From Thermodesulfobacteriota bacterium (GTDB lineage Bacteria; Desulfobacterota; Desulfobacteria; Desulfobacterales; JAUWMJ01), in NCBI GenBank assembly GCA_034189135.1, contig JAXHVO010000059.1:7336-71335 (forward strand): a stretch of DNA of 64,000 bases. The letters are read 5' to 3'. How positions within the stretch are numbered: the first letter of the stretch is position 1; each line of letters begins with the position of its first letter. A program made the position numbers and the translations under genes. The notes under the pieces are model-generated. The model was not told the DNA's origin. It was given only the letters and a program-made list of their open reading frames with translations, and ran no database searches. Positions 1-9,434 of this stretch are shown piece by piece.

Positions 1-100
1 TCGACCCTTGAAATTAGAGAGTAGGAATAGGGAAAAGACAAACTGAGTTTACCGGGAAAAGGCCAAAGCTGGTCCTTATAATTTCAACGTTTTCCAAACG
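1..100 (+). repeat. Family-2 GAAA-rich intergenic repeat, copy 2d (left end cut by window edge)
   Basis: CTTGAAATTAGAGAGTAGGAATAGGGAAAAGACAAACTGAGTTTACC aligns with copy 2a (11556-11653) in the same orientation. It lies upstream of fliH. Confidence 0.5.
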
Positions 101-170
101 CTTACAAAACCTCATTCTGGTCTTCAATTTAGAAGATTGACGTATTAAAGGACACAGGATTATTAATATA

Positions 171-887
171 ATGTCTTCAAATCAGGAAAATGCTTTTAAG
201 CTTCACTACTTTCCCACCATTCCTGTCAATTATTCAACTGAAAATACAAGAATTTTTAATAAAGGAAATAAATTTGAACGCAGTCATCATAAGAAGGGAT
301 CTGAAGTAGTTCAGAAAAATATTTCAAAAGACAATACAGCTGATGGAATTAAAAAGGGATCCATCGATGAAACTGTCAGGGAAATAGAAGAAAAAGCATA
401 TGCAAAGGGTTTTGCCAGAGGCGAAAAGGCTGGTATCGCATCGGGAGAAAAGAAATTCGAATCCGTCATAAACAGCATAAATAAGGGCTTATACGAGCTA
501 ATAAAAATAAGGCAGCATATTTGTCTGGAGACGGAACAGGAAATAGTAAAACTTACCATGGCCATCGCCCGAAAAATTGTATGTCATGAGATAAGAGTAA
601 ATAAAGCCACTGTGGCAAATGTGGTTAAAGAGGCGATGAACAAGGTTGAAGGCAATGAAACAGTGAAGGTTAAACTCAGCATCAAAGATTTTCAGTTCAT
701 AACCAATAAAAAACCCGTCATACTGGATAAAATAACCAATATTGAAAATGTTGTTTTTGAAATGGATGAATCGATATCCGACGGGGGGTGCTTGATAGAA
801 ACGGAATCAGGAGATATTGATTCAAGGGTTGAAAAGCAGTTTCAAGCTGTCGAAGAGGCATTTAAAAGTATAAATAAACAGCACTGA
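171..887 (+). CDS. fliH: Flagellar assembly protein FliH
   Basis: 238-aa ORF directly upstream of fliI. The C-terminal GGCLIETESGDIDSRVEKQF is a typical FliH/V-ATPase E-like motif. Confidence 0.85.
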   Translation: MSSNQENAFKLHYFPTIPVNYSTENTRIFNKGNKFERSHHKKGSEVVQKNISKDNTADGIKKGSIDETVREIEEKAYAKGFARGEKAGIASGEKKFESVINSINKGLYELIKIRQHICLETEQEIVKLTMAIARKIVCHEIRVNKATVANVVKEAMNKVEGNETVKVKLSIKDFQFITNKKPVILDKITNIENVVFEMDESISDGGCLIETESGDIDSRVEKQFQAVEEAFKSINKQH

Positions 888-976
888 AAACAAAAACAGT
901 ATAAAGGCAGAAGCGAAAAATAACTGAAGAACTCAGGCCGAAACCGCCAACTTGAACCGATGAACCATGAGCAGCG

Positions 977-2296
977 ATGAACTTATCAATTGACCTGGAA
1001 AAATATCATAGGAAATTAAAAAATACATCTACCATTTTATCTGTTGGAAGTGTGACCAATGTAACCGGTTTGGTTGTTGAAGCCATGGGCCCCGTGGCAA
1101 AGATTGGTACTGTTTGCGATATTTTTACCAAAGGGGATCAAAAGAAGGTGGGGGCGGAAGTCTTGGGGTTTAAGGACAGCAAAGTTAAGCTGATGCCGTT
1201 TGAAGAAATAAGGGGAATAGGTCCTGGAAGCCGTGTGGTTGCAAGACCGGAAAAGTCGTCTGTTGCGGTGGGGCAAGGGCTTCTTGGACGAGTGATAGAT
1301 GGAGTCGGTAATCCGATTGATAATAAAGGAAAAATCCAAAAAGAAAAGGAGTACCCCATATACGCGGATCCGGTTAACCCGCTGTCAAGAAAGAGAATCA
1401 CACGGTTTCTCGACATTGGGATAAGAGCAGTGAACGGATTGTTGACCGTGGGTTGTGGTCAGCGAATGGGTATTTTTTCCGGATCCGGTGTGGGGAAAAG
1501 CGTATTGCTGGGCATGATCGCAAGAAATACAAAGGCGGATGTGAATGTGATTGCGCTGATTGGGGAGAGAGGAAGGGAAGTCAACGAATTCATCGAAAAA
1601 GAGCTGGGCGAAGAGGGGCTTGAAAGGTCGGTCATTGTCGTGGCAACTTCGGACCACTTGCCTTTGATAAGGATGAGGGGCGCGTTTATCGCCACTGCAA
1701 TAGCAGAGTATTTTCGGGATCAGGGGAAGCACGTTAATCTTATGATGGATTCTGTAACCCGGTTTGCCATGGCGCAAAGAGAAATCGGTCTTGCGCTTGG
1801 AGAGCCGCCGACGATGAAAGGCTATACACCGTCGGTTTTTACCATGCTTCCCAAATTGCTGGAAAGGGCAGGTACTTCTTCAGCCAGAGGAACAATAACC
1901 GGCCTGTACACGGTTCTGGTAGAGGGTGATGATACAAATGAACCGATTGCAGATGCATTGAGGTCCATACTGGATGGGCATATCGTCTTAAAAAGAGAAC
2001 TTGCCATGCAAAATCATTATCCTGCCATAGATATCTTAAGCAGCGTAAGCCGCGTGATGGACGATATCATTTCTTCCTCGCAGAAAGAAAATGCAAACAG
2101 GTTAAAAGCAGTAATGGCTACTTACCAAAAGTCAGAAGATTTGATAAATATCGGCGCATATGTTGCCGGCAGCAACCCAAAGATAGATTATGCCATAGAA
2201 ATGAATGACCGGGTAAACGGATATTTAATGCAGGGAATCGAAGATTGCGTTGCATATGATGAAAGCGCAAAACAGCTTGAAGAATTGTTTAAATGA
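977..2296 (+). CDS. fliI: Flagellum-specific ATPase FliI
   Basis: 439 aa with Walker A GSGVGKS and Walker B LMMDSVTR. Similar to the F1/T3SS ATPase family and lies in fliH-fliI-fliJ order. Confidence 0.95.
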   Translation: MNLSIDLEKYHRKLKNTSTILSVGSVTNVTGLVVEAMGPVAKIGTVCDIFTKGDQKKVGAEVLGFKDSKVKLMPFEEIRGIGPGSRVVARPEKSSVAVGQGLLGRVIDGVGNPIDNKGKIQKEKEYPIYADPVNPLSRKRITRFLDIGIRAVNGLLTVGCGQRMGIFSGSGVGKSVLLGMIARNTKADVNVIALIGERGREVNEFIEKELGEEGLERSVIVVATSDHLPLIRMRGAFIATAIAEYFRDQGKHVNLMMDSVTRFAMAQREIGLALGEPPTMKGYTPSVFTMLPKLLERAGTSSARGTITGLYTVLVEGDDTNEPIADALRSILDGHIVLKRELAMQNHYPAIDILSSVSRVMDDIISSSQKENANRLKAVMATYQKSEDLINIGAYVAGSNPKIDYAIEMNDRVNGYLMQGIEDCVAYDESAKQLEELFK

Positions 2297-2374
2297 CATT
2301 GGAAACCAATCTTTTAATTTGGCGTAGAAATTAGCACTATCAAAAACGAAAAATCAACCAACCCCCATCCAATC

Positions 2375-2824
2375 ATGTACAAATTCAGCCTTCAATCACT
2401 TCTGGATCATAGGAAGCATTTAGAGGAAACCCTGGACAAAGAGTTGGGAAGAATTAAGCGAGAAGTAATTTATGAAAAGAGAAGGCTGAAAAATATCATA
2501 ACAGCAAAGACAAAATGTAAAGCAGAGCTGGAGAAAAAGCAGGGTGAGGCTAACAAGGTCAATGAAGTCATACTTTGCTTTAATTATCTTGGTAAATTGG
2601 CAAAAGACATTGATGAACAAAAAAAGCGCCTTAAGGGTGTGGAAAAAAAATACAATATAAAGCGCGGTGAGTTAATTGAAGCGATGAAGAACAGAAAAAC
2701 CTTAGAGAGGTTGAAAGAAAAAGAGATGAAAGCATTTAACTACTCGAACATGAAAGTCGAACAGGACATGATGAACGAGATGGCGGCAAATCGATTTATC
2801 AGAAAAACTTCCAAACCGGGATAG
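2375..2824 (+). CDS. fliJ: Flagellar export chaperone FliJ
   Basis: 149-aa coiled-coil protein starting MYKFSLQSLLDHRK, positioned after fliI. Confidence 0.8.
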   Translation: MYKFSLQSLLDHRKHLEETLDKELGRIKREVIYEKRRLKNIITAKTKCKAELEKKQGEANKVNEVILCFNYLGKLAKDIDEQKKRLKGVEKKYNIKRGELIEAMKNRKTLERLKEKEMKAFNYSNMKVEQDMMNEMAANRFIRKTSKPG

Positions 2825-3038
2825 AGAGGTTTTAACAAAACCGGAAAATCTTTCCGCCAATGATGGAAAATATTGCCGACCAATCAAGTGGCCATGAGAA
2901 AAAACCCGAATGGGGTTACCACCGATCGAATTTCAGCAAAAAACAAAACCCGCCATATATCTGCAAAAACAACAAGTTAGAATGTTTCTAAAAATAAATA
3001 AAACCATCTTGCCTGATAATTTCTCATAATTAGTATTG

Positions 3039-3054
3039 TGGCACAATACCTGCA
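3039..3054 (+). promoter_or_regulatory. sigma54 (-24/-12) promoter candidate upstream of fliK
   Basis: TGGCACAATACCTGCA has GG and GC exactly 10 nt apart. It lies 50 nt upstream of the fliK ATG. Confidence 0.65.
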
Positions 3055-3103
3055 AAGTTACCTGGTAACACCACTGCCAAAGAAAAATTAAGGAAAATAC
3101 AGC

Positions 3104-4711
3104 ATGCAGCCAAATCTTCAAACAGAGTTTCAACTTATCAATAATCAGCAGGGAAACACGGGTATAGGTCCCAAAGGCAATTCTTCAAAAGAAAATATTG
3201 GGATTATAAGCGAGAATGAATGTTTTATTGGAATGCTAAATCGGATAGAAAGAATATCGGAAAAAAATACCATTAATTTAGCAAAGCTACATGAAATGAG
3301 TCAAACAGAAGATAATATGCTGGGTATGGCAGTAAAAATCGAGCAGGAGACCGCTTCTCTGACAAACGATTTGACCCTAACAGAACAAAGACCGGCGGAA
3401 TTGTTGCTGGGATCTGATAAAAATGAAACAGGAAATGAAGAGAATATCAGGCTATGGGGATATTGTGGGAATACCAACCATGAAAATAGCTCCGTAGAAA
3501 AAAATAATATGGTTGTCGCAGCGAAAACCGAAAGCAACTCAGGCACGAAGAACTCAGCGCTGAGCGAAATGATAAATATTTCTGTTAAGGTAGAGGAAAA
3601 TGAAGCAAAAGCAGGGCAGGGGGAATTAGAAAAAAATAGTGCAGAGGTTCAAATATTAAAGAGATCAGAGGAAAGTGCTGGCAAAGAGTCAGCGGCTCAA
3701 ATCTCCAAGGGAGTAGAAGGAACTGTTGGTAAAGAAACAGGGGCTCAATTATTAAAGGATTTGGGAGCTGATATTGCTAAAACAATTAAGAATTCAAACA
3801 CCAAAAGCCCAAATATGGGTAAAGACATTAAACATACTGCAGATAAAGGGGATGCGGAAAAGACAGCCGTTTCAGACAGGATAGTGATAGAGGGCAAAAC
3901 TGTCCATACAGGTGTGGAAGAAGCAAAAATAGTTCACCGCCAGGATCATTTTAATGACGAACTGAAAAGCAGTGAAGCAAGTAAAAAAGATCTGGTATTA
4001 AAAATAGTCTCAGCTGCTAAGGAAGAAGAACAGGAAGCAGACTCCTTCCAAAGGGATAATACATCGGGCGAAAAATCGTCACCACAGGATAAGGAATTTA
4101 TTCGTCTTAAGGAAATCGGGTTGAAAATAAAAGCATCCGTCACTGAGTCTTCTGCTGGAAAAATGATTCACCTGGAATCCGAGAGCAAAGATAGTGGAAT
4201 CATACCCTCTGAAAATATATCGGGAGATAAGAGTCTGGAAGAAATGACGCCGGGAAGAGAAAACAGGCTGGCTTCAACCATTTCACGTACCGGCACTTTG
4301 AAGCAGATCGTACAAAAAGCGGCCTTAAATCTAAAAAATGGAAAATCTCAGGTCAGGATAGATCTCAAGCCGGAATTTCTCGGTTCAGTGCGTATGAAGA
4401 TAGCCACCGAGAACCAGATGGTAACGGTAAGGATATTAACTGAGCTTCCGGTTGTTAAGGAAATGATTGAAAGTAATCTAGGCCAGTTAAAATCGGATCT
4501 GCAAAGCCACGGCATGGAAATTGATAGACTTGATGTTTCGGTAGCCAGTGATTCACAGCAACATAGAAAAGGCTTTGAAAAAGCGGATTTTTTATCAGAA
4601 AAAGAAAACAGTGATAATGAGAATCATCATACTGTTTTAGCTGATGAAACAGGGACAGCAAGTCTGCTAAAGGAAAGCACAGCAGTAAATGGTCTCGATT
4701 TTTTTGCTTAA
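3104..4711 (+). CDS. fliK: Flagellar hook-length control protein FliK
   Basis: 535 aa with a low-complexity middle region. The C-terminal Flg_hook-type segment reads VRIDLKPEFLGSVRMKIATENQMVTVRILTE. The gene precedes flgD-flgE. Confidence 0.85.
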   Translation: MQPNLQTEFQLINNQQGNTGIGPKGNSSKENIGIISENECFIGMLNRIERISEKNTINLAKLHEMSQTEDNMLGMAVKIEQETASLTNDLTLTEQRPAELLLGSDKNETGNEENIRLWGYCGNTNHENSSVEKNNMVVAAKTESNSGTKNSALSEMINISVKVEENEAKAGQGELEKNSAEVQILKRSEESAGKESAAQISKGVEGTVGKETGAQLLKDLGADIAKTIKNSNTKSPNMGKDIKHTADKGDAEKTAVSDRIVIEGKTVHTGVEEAKIVHRQDHFNDELKSSEASKKDLVLKIVSAAKEEEQEADSFQRDNTSGEKSSPQDKEFIRLKEIGLKIKASVTESSAGKMIHLESESKDSGIIPSENISGDKSLEEMTPGRENRLASTISRTGTLKQIVQKAALNLKNGKSQVRIDLKPEFLGSVRMKIATENQMVTVRILTELPVVKEMIESNLGQLKSDLQSHGMEIDRLDVSVASDSQQHRKGFEKADFLSEKENSDNENHHTVLADETGTASLLKESTAVNGLDFFA

Positions 4712-4743
4712 AAAAAGATAAATCAAGAAAGGAAATTTAGAAA

Positions 4744-5418
4744 ATGTCAGTTTACCCTGTAGATGCATCAAATTCAAACACCAGTGCGGTGACTACTTCA
4801 AAGGATGATGCACTGGACAAGGACGATTTTATGAACCTGCTTGTTGCCCAATTGCAAAATCAGGACCCGCTGAATCCCATGGACAGTACGGCATTTACCA
4901 GTCAACTGGCTGAATTCAGTTCTCTGGAACAGCTTAGCAATGTAAATGAAAACCTTGAATATCTCCAGATGTACCAGTCATCCATAAATAATGCACAGGC
5001 GGTTTCATTCATCGGAAAGAATATAGATGCATTGGGAAACTCCATTCAACTGGAAAGCTCAGAAGATGAAGAGATTCATTTTGAACTAAGTCAGGATTCG
5101 AGTTCCGTGTATATAAATATTTATAACGCGACAGGCGATCTTGTCAAAGTTATAGAACACGGACCCATGGGAGAAGGGAGGCAAAGCGTTGAGTGGGATG
5201 GTACGGATAACGGTGGAAATACTCTTCCCGCAGGAATTTACGAGTTTGAAGTAATGGCTGCGGACGCCAACGGTAATAAAGTACAGACAACCACCTATAT
5301 CAGTGAGAGAGTGACAGGCGTCACCTTTAAGAATGGAGTGACTTATCTGCTGGCAGGGGGAATGGAAATTCCCATCGGTGACGTGATACAAGTGGCGGAA
5401 ATGAACGAAAATGACTAA
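4744..5418 (+). CDS. flgD: Flagellar hook capping/assembly protein FlgD
   Basis: Canonical N-terminal motif DKDDFMNLLVAQLQNQDPLNPMD and a FlgD Ig-like C-terminus. RBS AAGGAA. Confidence 0.95.
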   Translation: MSVYPVDASNSNTSAVTTSKDDALDKDDFMNLLVAQLQNQDPLNPMDSTAFTSQLAEFSSLEQLSNVNENLEYLQMYQSSINNAQAVSFIGKNIDALGNSIQLESSEDEEIHFELSQDSSSVYINIYNATGDLVKVIEHGPMGEGRQSVEWDGTDNGGNTLPAGIYEFEVMAADANGNKVQTTTYISERVTGVTFKNGVTYLLAGGMEIPIGDVIQVAEMNEND

Positions 5419-5499
5419 AATGAGCCACAGCCAATGAAATAAAAATGGTGATAAATACAAAATTTTAAAAAATTAATTTAAATACATGAGGAGGGAAAC

Positions 5500-6750
5500 A
5501 TGATAGGTTCATTATTTGCAGGAATATCCGGGCTGAATGCAAATGCCACAGCCATGACTGTAATCGGAGACAACATAGCAAATGTAAACACCACCGGTTT
5601 TAAGTCGAACAGGGCGTCGTTTGCCAATGTGTTGAGCACGTCCTTGCAAGGTTCGGGTGGAAGCGATATTGGCAGAGGGGTCGCATTCTGGGGTTCAACC
5701 CCGTCATGGAGCCAGGGATCGGTTGAAAATACAGCCAACGCAACGGACATGGCCATAAACGGGCGTGGTTTTTTTATGGTAAATGACGAAAGCGGCCAAA
5801 CTTTATTTACCAGGGCCGGAGAATTTGCTTTTGACAGGAACGGTGATTTACGAAATCCGGATGGTCTCGCGGTTCAAGGATACGAAGTCACCGCCGTAGC
5901 TCCGGATGGAACATTAACCCTGGGTGCAATCATGAACATTGGTGTTCCCAGCGAGAGTACCTCACCTCCTGTTGCTACGGACGAGTTCACCATGGATATC
6001 AACCTCGATGCTGGCGCTGCAGTGACCGATACCTACTCCACATCACAGGTGTTTTACGATTCTCTGGGCAATGCGGTTCCGGTGACTTTTACATTTACGA
6101 GAGCTGCAGCGGTAGCTCCTGCCACCGCAACCTGGAATGTTGCAGCTGCGATTCCAGCATCAGCAGGAACAGGTGCTGCGGTTAGTGTTCCATCAATCGG
6201 ATTCGATGCAAACGGAAATATGATAGTACCTGCAGCTGATGCGACAGTCACCTTAACTTTAACAAATGGCGCTGCAAGTCCGCAGGCGATAAACTGGATG
6301 CTTTACGATCCAGCCGGTCCAAGCTTAGGTGATATTACAGGATATTCATCTACTTCCGTCACTACATTTCAGACTCAGAACGGATTCCCCGCAGGATCAC
6401 TCAGGGGTGTTTCAGTGGATGAATTGGGTGTGGTCACCGGGGCCTATTCCAACGGGCAGATGACCCCTCTTTACCAGGTTGCCCTGGCAGATTTTCCCAG
6501 TTATTATGGACTAAACAAGATGGGGAACAACCTGTATGCAGAATCGCTTGCATCGGGGCAAGCCCTGCCTGGCGTGGCACAAAGTGGCAGGCTGGGAAGT
6601 ATCAGCCCAAGTGCAGTGGAAATGTCAAATGTTGATCTTGCCCAGGAGTTTGTTAAAATGATTACCACTCAAAGGGCCTTTCAGGCAAATTCCAGGGTCA
6701 TTACCACCAGTGACGAAGTACTCAATGAATTGATTAATATTAAGCGATAA
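5500..6750 (+). CDS. flgE: Flagellar hook protein FlgE
   Basis: N-terminal GISGLNANATAMTVIGDNIANVNTTGFK and C-terminal QRAFQANSRVITTSDEVLNELINIKR. RBS GAGGAGGG. Confidence 0.95.
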   Translation: MIGSLFAGISGLNANATAMTVIGDNIANVNTTGFKSNRASFANVLSTSLQGSGGSDIGRGVAFWGSTPSWSQGSVENTANATDMAINGRGFFMVNDESGQTLFTRAGEFAFDRNGDLRNPDGLAVQGYEVTAVAPDGTLTLGAIMNIGVPSESTSPPVATDEFTMDINLDAGAAVTDTYSTSQVFYDSLGNAVPVTFTFTRAAAVAPATATWNVAAAIPASAGTGAAVSVPSIGFDANGNMIVPAADATVTLTLTNGAASPQAINWMLYDPAGPSLGDITGYSSTSVTTFQTQNGFPAGSLRGVSVDELGVVTGAYSNGQMTPLYQVALADFPSYYGLNKMGNNLYAESLASGQALPGVAQSGRLGSISPSAVEMSNVDLAQEFVKMITTQRAFQANSRVITTSDEVLNELINIKR

Positions 6751-6780
6751 GAGAATAGGTTCAGCTCATGGGTAATGGTT

Positions 6781-6853
6781 GGCAGCTCATCGTCCCTTCA
6801 CAAAAGCGATTGAAAGACTGAAATCCTTTTTTGTGACGGGGCGATGAGCTGCC
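6781..6853 (+). other. Long stem-loop 31 nt downstream of flgE
   Basis: GGCAGCTCATCGTCCC pairs with GGGGCGATGAGCTGCC (16 bp, one G-U). An inner TCACAAAA/TTTTGTGA stem adds 8 bp. No U-tract follows. Confidence 0.6.
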
Positions 6854-7110
6854 AGTTATGAGTCCTTTCAGCTATAAGCGATCATCAGACGTCAAAGAGT
6901 TGACAATTTTAAATAAAAATTGACACTCGTATCACTGGTTTTTATTCTTTTCCCAGCCAATCACCGCTAAATATCATTTATTCCCACCTTCGGTTTGATG
7001 CAATTCCCTTGGTCTTTGATAATTATAGGCAAATACTTTCCTATAAGTTCAAACTGTTATGGACCACTGGTCATAGTCTTACCATATTCAAACCATGATA
7101 CCATTTCATA

Positions 7111-7126
7111 TGGCACAATACTTGCT
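7111..7126 (+). promoter_or_regulatory. sigma54 promoter candidate upstream of fliL
   Basis: TGGCACAATACTTGCT with correct GG-N10-GC spacing, 68 nt upstream of fliL. It is nearly identical to the fliK promoter. Confidence 0.65.
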
Positions 7127-7193
7127 AAATTAGATGCAAACGAGAATATTCATCCAACTAAATGATTATCCCAACAATGGAGGATAAAGGATA

Positions 7194-7652
7194 ATGTCCA
7201 ATAAAATATTGCTCATACTCATTGGTGTTATTTTGCTGATCGTGATTGCGATGGGCGGGGGTTTTTTTATGATGTGGAGTAAGATGTCTTCTATGAATGT
7301 CGTCAACAGTGAAGAAGCGGATAACGAAATAGAAGAAGTGGTTGAAACAATGGGGCCGACTAAAAAGCTGGAAACATTCATAGTAAACTTGGGGGATAAA
7401 GGCGGAAAACGCTATTTGCGAGTCTCAATGGATTTAGAGCTGGAAAATGGGGAGTCAGCTAAAGTCGTGGATAAAAGGCTTCCGAAATTGAGAGATGCGG
7501 TTTTAATGATATTACCCACCAAAAAATATGAAGATATCGGTACGGTTCAGGGGAAAAGTGCTCTAAGAAATGAAATACTTACAAAACTAAACGAATTAAT
7601 GGAGCCGGAAGCAATTAAAAATATCTATTTCACTGAATTCGTTGTTCAGTAA
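7194..7652 (+). CDS. fliL: Flagellar basal-body-associated protein FliL
   Basis: 152 aa with an N-terminal TM helix and the FliL-type motif FIVNLGDKGGKRYLRVSMDLEL. RBS GGAGGA. Confidence 0.9.
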   Translation: MSNKILLILIGVILLIVIAMGGGFFMMWSKMSSMNVVNSEEADNEIEEVVETMGPTKKLETFIVNLGDKGGKRYLRVSMDLELENGESAKVVDKRLPKLRDAVLMILPTKKYEDIGTVQGKSALRNEILTKLNELMEPEAIKNIYFTEFVVQ

Positions 7653-7666
7653 AAGGCTAACCAAGC

Positions 7667-8653
7667 ATGGCTGATCAGATATTATCACAGGAAGAAATCG
7701 ATGCACTTCTTTCCGCAATGGATAAAGGGGAAGTCGATATCAATGAGGGGAAAAAAGGCGCTGCCGAAGCTGAAGTCAAACCTTACAGTCTAACTTCACA
7801 GAATCGAATGCTGCACGATCAGTTTAATGCGCTCGAGGAGGTATATGACAAATTTTGTACATTAATGGACTCATCATTGACCACCACGCTTCAACAGCCT
7901 GTTGAAATAGAGTTTGTTTCAACGGAAATGATTAAATATGGAGAATTTATAAGTGCTTTTACAAACCCAACCGCCTTTGGGATTTTTAACATGGAACCTC
8001 TGATCGGTTCAGCCATACTTGCCATAGAGCCTAAGCTGGTATTTTCTCTGATAGATTGTATGTTCGGTGGAAATGGAAAACCCACAGAACAAATAAAAGA
8101 ATTTACCATGATAGAGCAGAGAATGATTAAAAGAATCATAAATGAAGCTCTGAAAAAACTAGAGGAAGCTTGGAAAGTGGTGTATTCACTTAAATTCTCT
8201 CTAAAAAAAATCGAATCAAAACCTGAATTTGTACACCTGGTTAACCCAAACGAACTGATGCTTATCATTCTGTTTTCCATTAAGGGAGAAGTCTTTAGCG
8301 GGAATATTCATCTGGGCATTTCTTCTCTTATGTTGGAGCCGATTAAAGAATATCTGTCTTCAAGATATATGACTGAAAAGGATATGGAAAACACATGGAG
8401 CTCTCAGATAAAGAATTTGCTGAAAAATACCAATGTGACCCTAATCGCAGAACTGGGGAAAACCAACAAGACGGTTGGCGATTTGCTGGCTCTAAAACTT
8501 GACGATGTGATTAATCTCTCCACAGGCACTCAGGATTTGATAAGAGTGAATGTCGAAGGTGTTCCAAAATATCAAGGTTTTCCCGGAACTGTAAAAGGAA
8601 ATAATGCAGTTGAAATCACAGGGTTGATTCAACAAATTAGAGGAGAAAAATAG
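7667..8653 (+). CDS. fliM: Flagellar motor switch protein FliM
   Basis: N-terminal CheY-P-binding motif LSQEEIDALLSA. 328 aa, followed by fliN. Confidence 0.95.
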   Translation: MADQILSQEEIDALLSAMDKGEVDINEGKKGAAEAEVKPYSLTSQNRMLHDQFNALEEVYDKFCTLMDSSLTTTLQQPVEIEFVSTEMIKYGEFISAFTNPTAFGIFNMEPLIGSAILAIEPKLVFSLIDCMFGGNGKPTEQIKEFTMIEQRMIKRIINEALKKLEEAWKVVYSLKFSLKKIESKPEFVHLVNPNELMLIILFSIKGEVFSGNIHLGISSLMLEPIKEYLSSRYMTEKDMENTWSSQIKNLLKNTNVTLIAELGKTNKTVGDLLALKLDDVINLSTGTQDLIRVNVEGVPKYQGFPGTVKGNNAVEITGLIQQIRGEK

Positions 8654-8655
8654 GA

Positions 8656-9057
8656 ATGACTGCAGAAGATGAAAAAAGCCAAACGGGGAGCCCAAGCAGC
8701 GAAGCATCCGCCGGTGAGACTGAAAATCAGCTAAATGTTGAGCAACAAGCGCCATATGAATTTTCAGGCATTGATCACTCAAAGGAAGCGGTATCTGAAA
8801 GCAATATGGAGTTTCTTCTTGATATTCCATTAGAGATTTCAATTGAACTCGGCAGAACCCGAATGTTGATAGATCAGCTGTTAAAACTCAGTCAGGGATC
8901 TGTGATTGAACTTTCAAAATATGCCGGTGAGACACTCGAAATACTGGCAAATCAAAAGGTCATTGCCAAAGGCGAAGTCGTTGTTGTTAATGAAAAATAT
9001 GGTATCCGTTTGACTGAAATCGTAAGCCCAATGGAACGGGTAGCGAGGCTTGGATGA
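8656..9057 (+). CDS. fliN: Flagellar motor switch protein FliN
   Basis: C-terminal SpoA/FliN domain LDIPLEISIELGRTRMLIDQLLKLSQGSVIEL. Confidence 0.9.
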   Translation: MTAEDEKSQTGSPSSEASAGETENQLNVEQQAPYEFSGIDHSKEAVSESNMEFLLDIPLEISIELGRTRMLIDQLLKLSQGSVIELSKYAGETLEILANQKVIAKGEVVVVNEKYGIRLTEIVSPMERVARLG

Positions 9058-9434
9058 GTATTTATCCTGAAATTATTCCAACAGCAATAAAAATGCTGAC
9101 CGCACTGGGAATGGTTCTGGGGGGAATGCTGGTTGTATATTATTTTTCAAAGCGGATATTGAAGAGGCAGGCGGGACATTCAAAAGGAAGAATGATCAAA
9201 GTTCTGGAAAGCAGTTATATTGGCGTAAAAAAAAATATCTCTCTTGTAGAGATTCCGGGGGCAATTCTTGTTTTGGGAATTACCAACGATCACATATCCC
9301 TTCTTTCAAAAATAGAAAATCAAGAAGTAATAAATGGTTGTAAAGAAGTTGACCAAGAAAAAGAAATGCTTTCATTTTCCGATCGCTTACATCATTTTTC
9401 TTCAAAGTTAAAAGGGATGAAAAGTGTCAGGTAA
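9054..9434 (+). CDS. fliO: Flagellar biosynthesis protein FliO
   Basis: 126 aa with a single N-terminal TM. The conserved stretch is LESSYIGVKKNISLVEIPGAILVLGITNDHISLL. ATGA overlap with fliN, and the gene precedes fliP. Confidence 0.75.
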   Translation: MSIYPEIIPTAIKMLTALGMVLGGMLVVYYFSKRILKRQAGHSKGRMIKVLESSYIGVKKNISLVEIPGAILVLGITNDHISLLSKIENQEVINGCKEVDQEKEMLSFSDRLHHFSSKLKGMKSVR

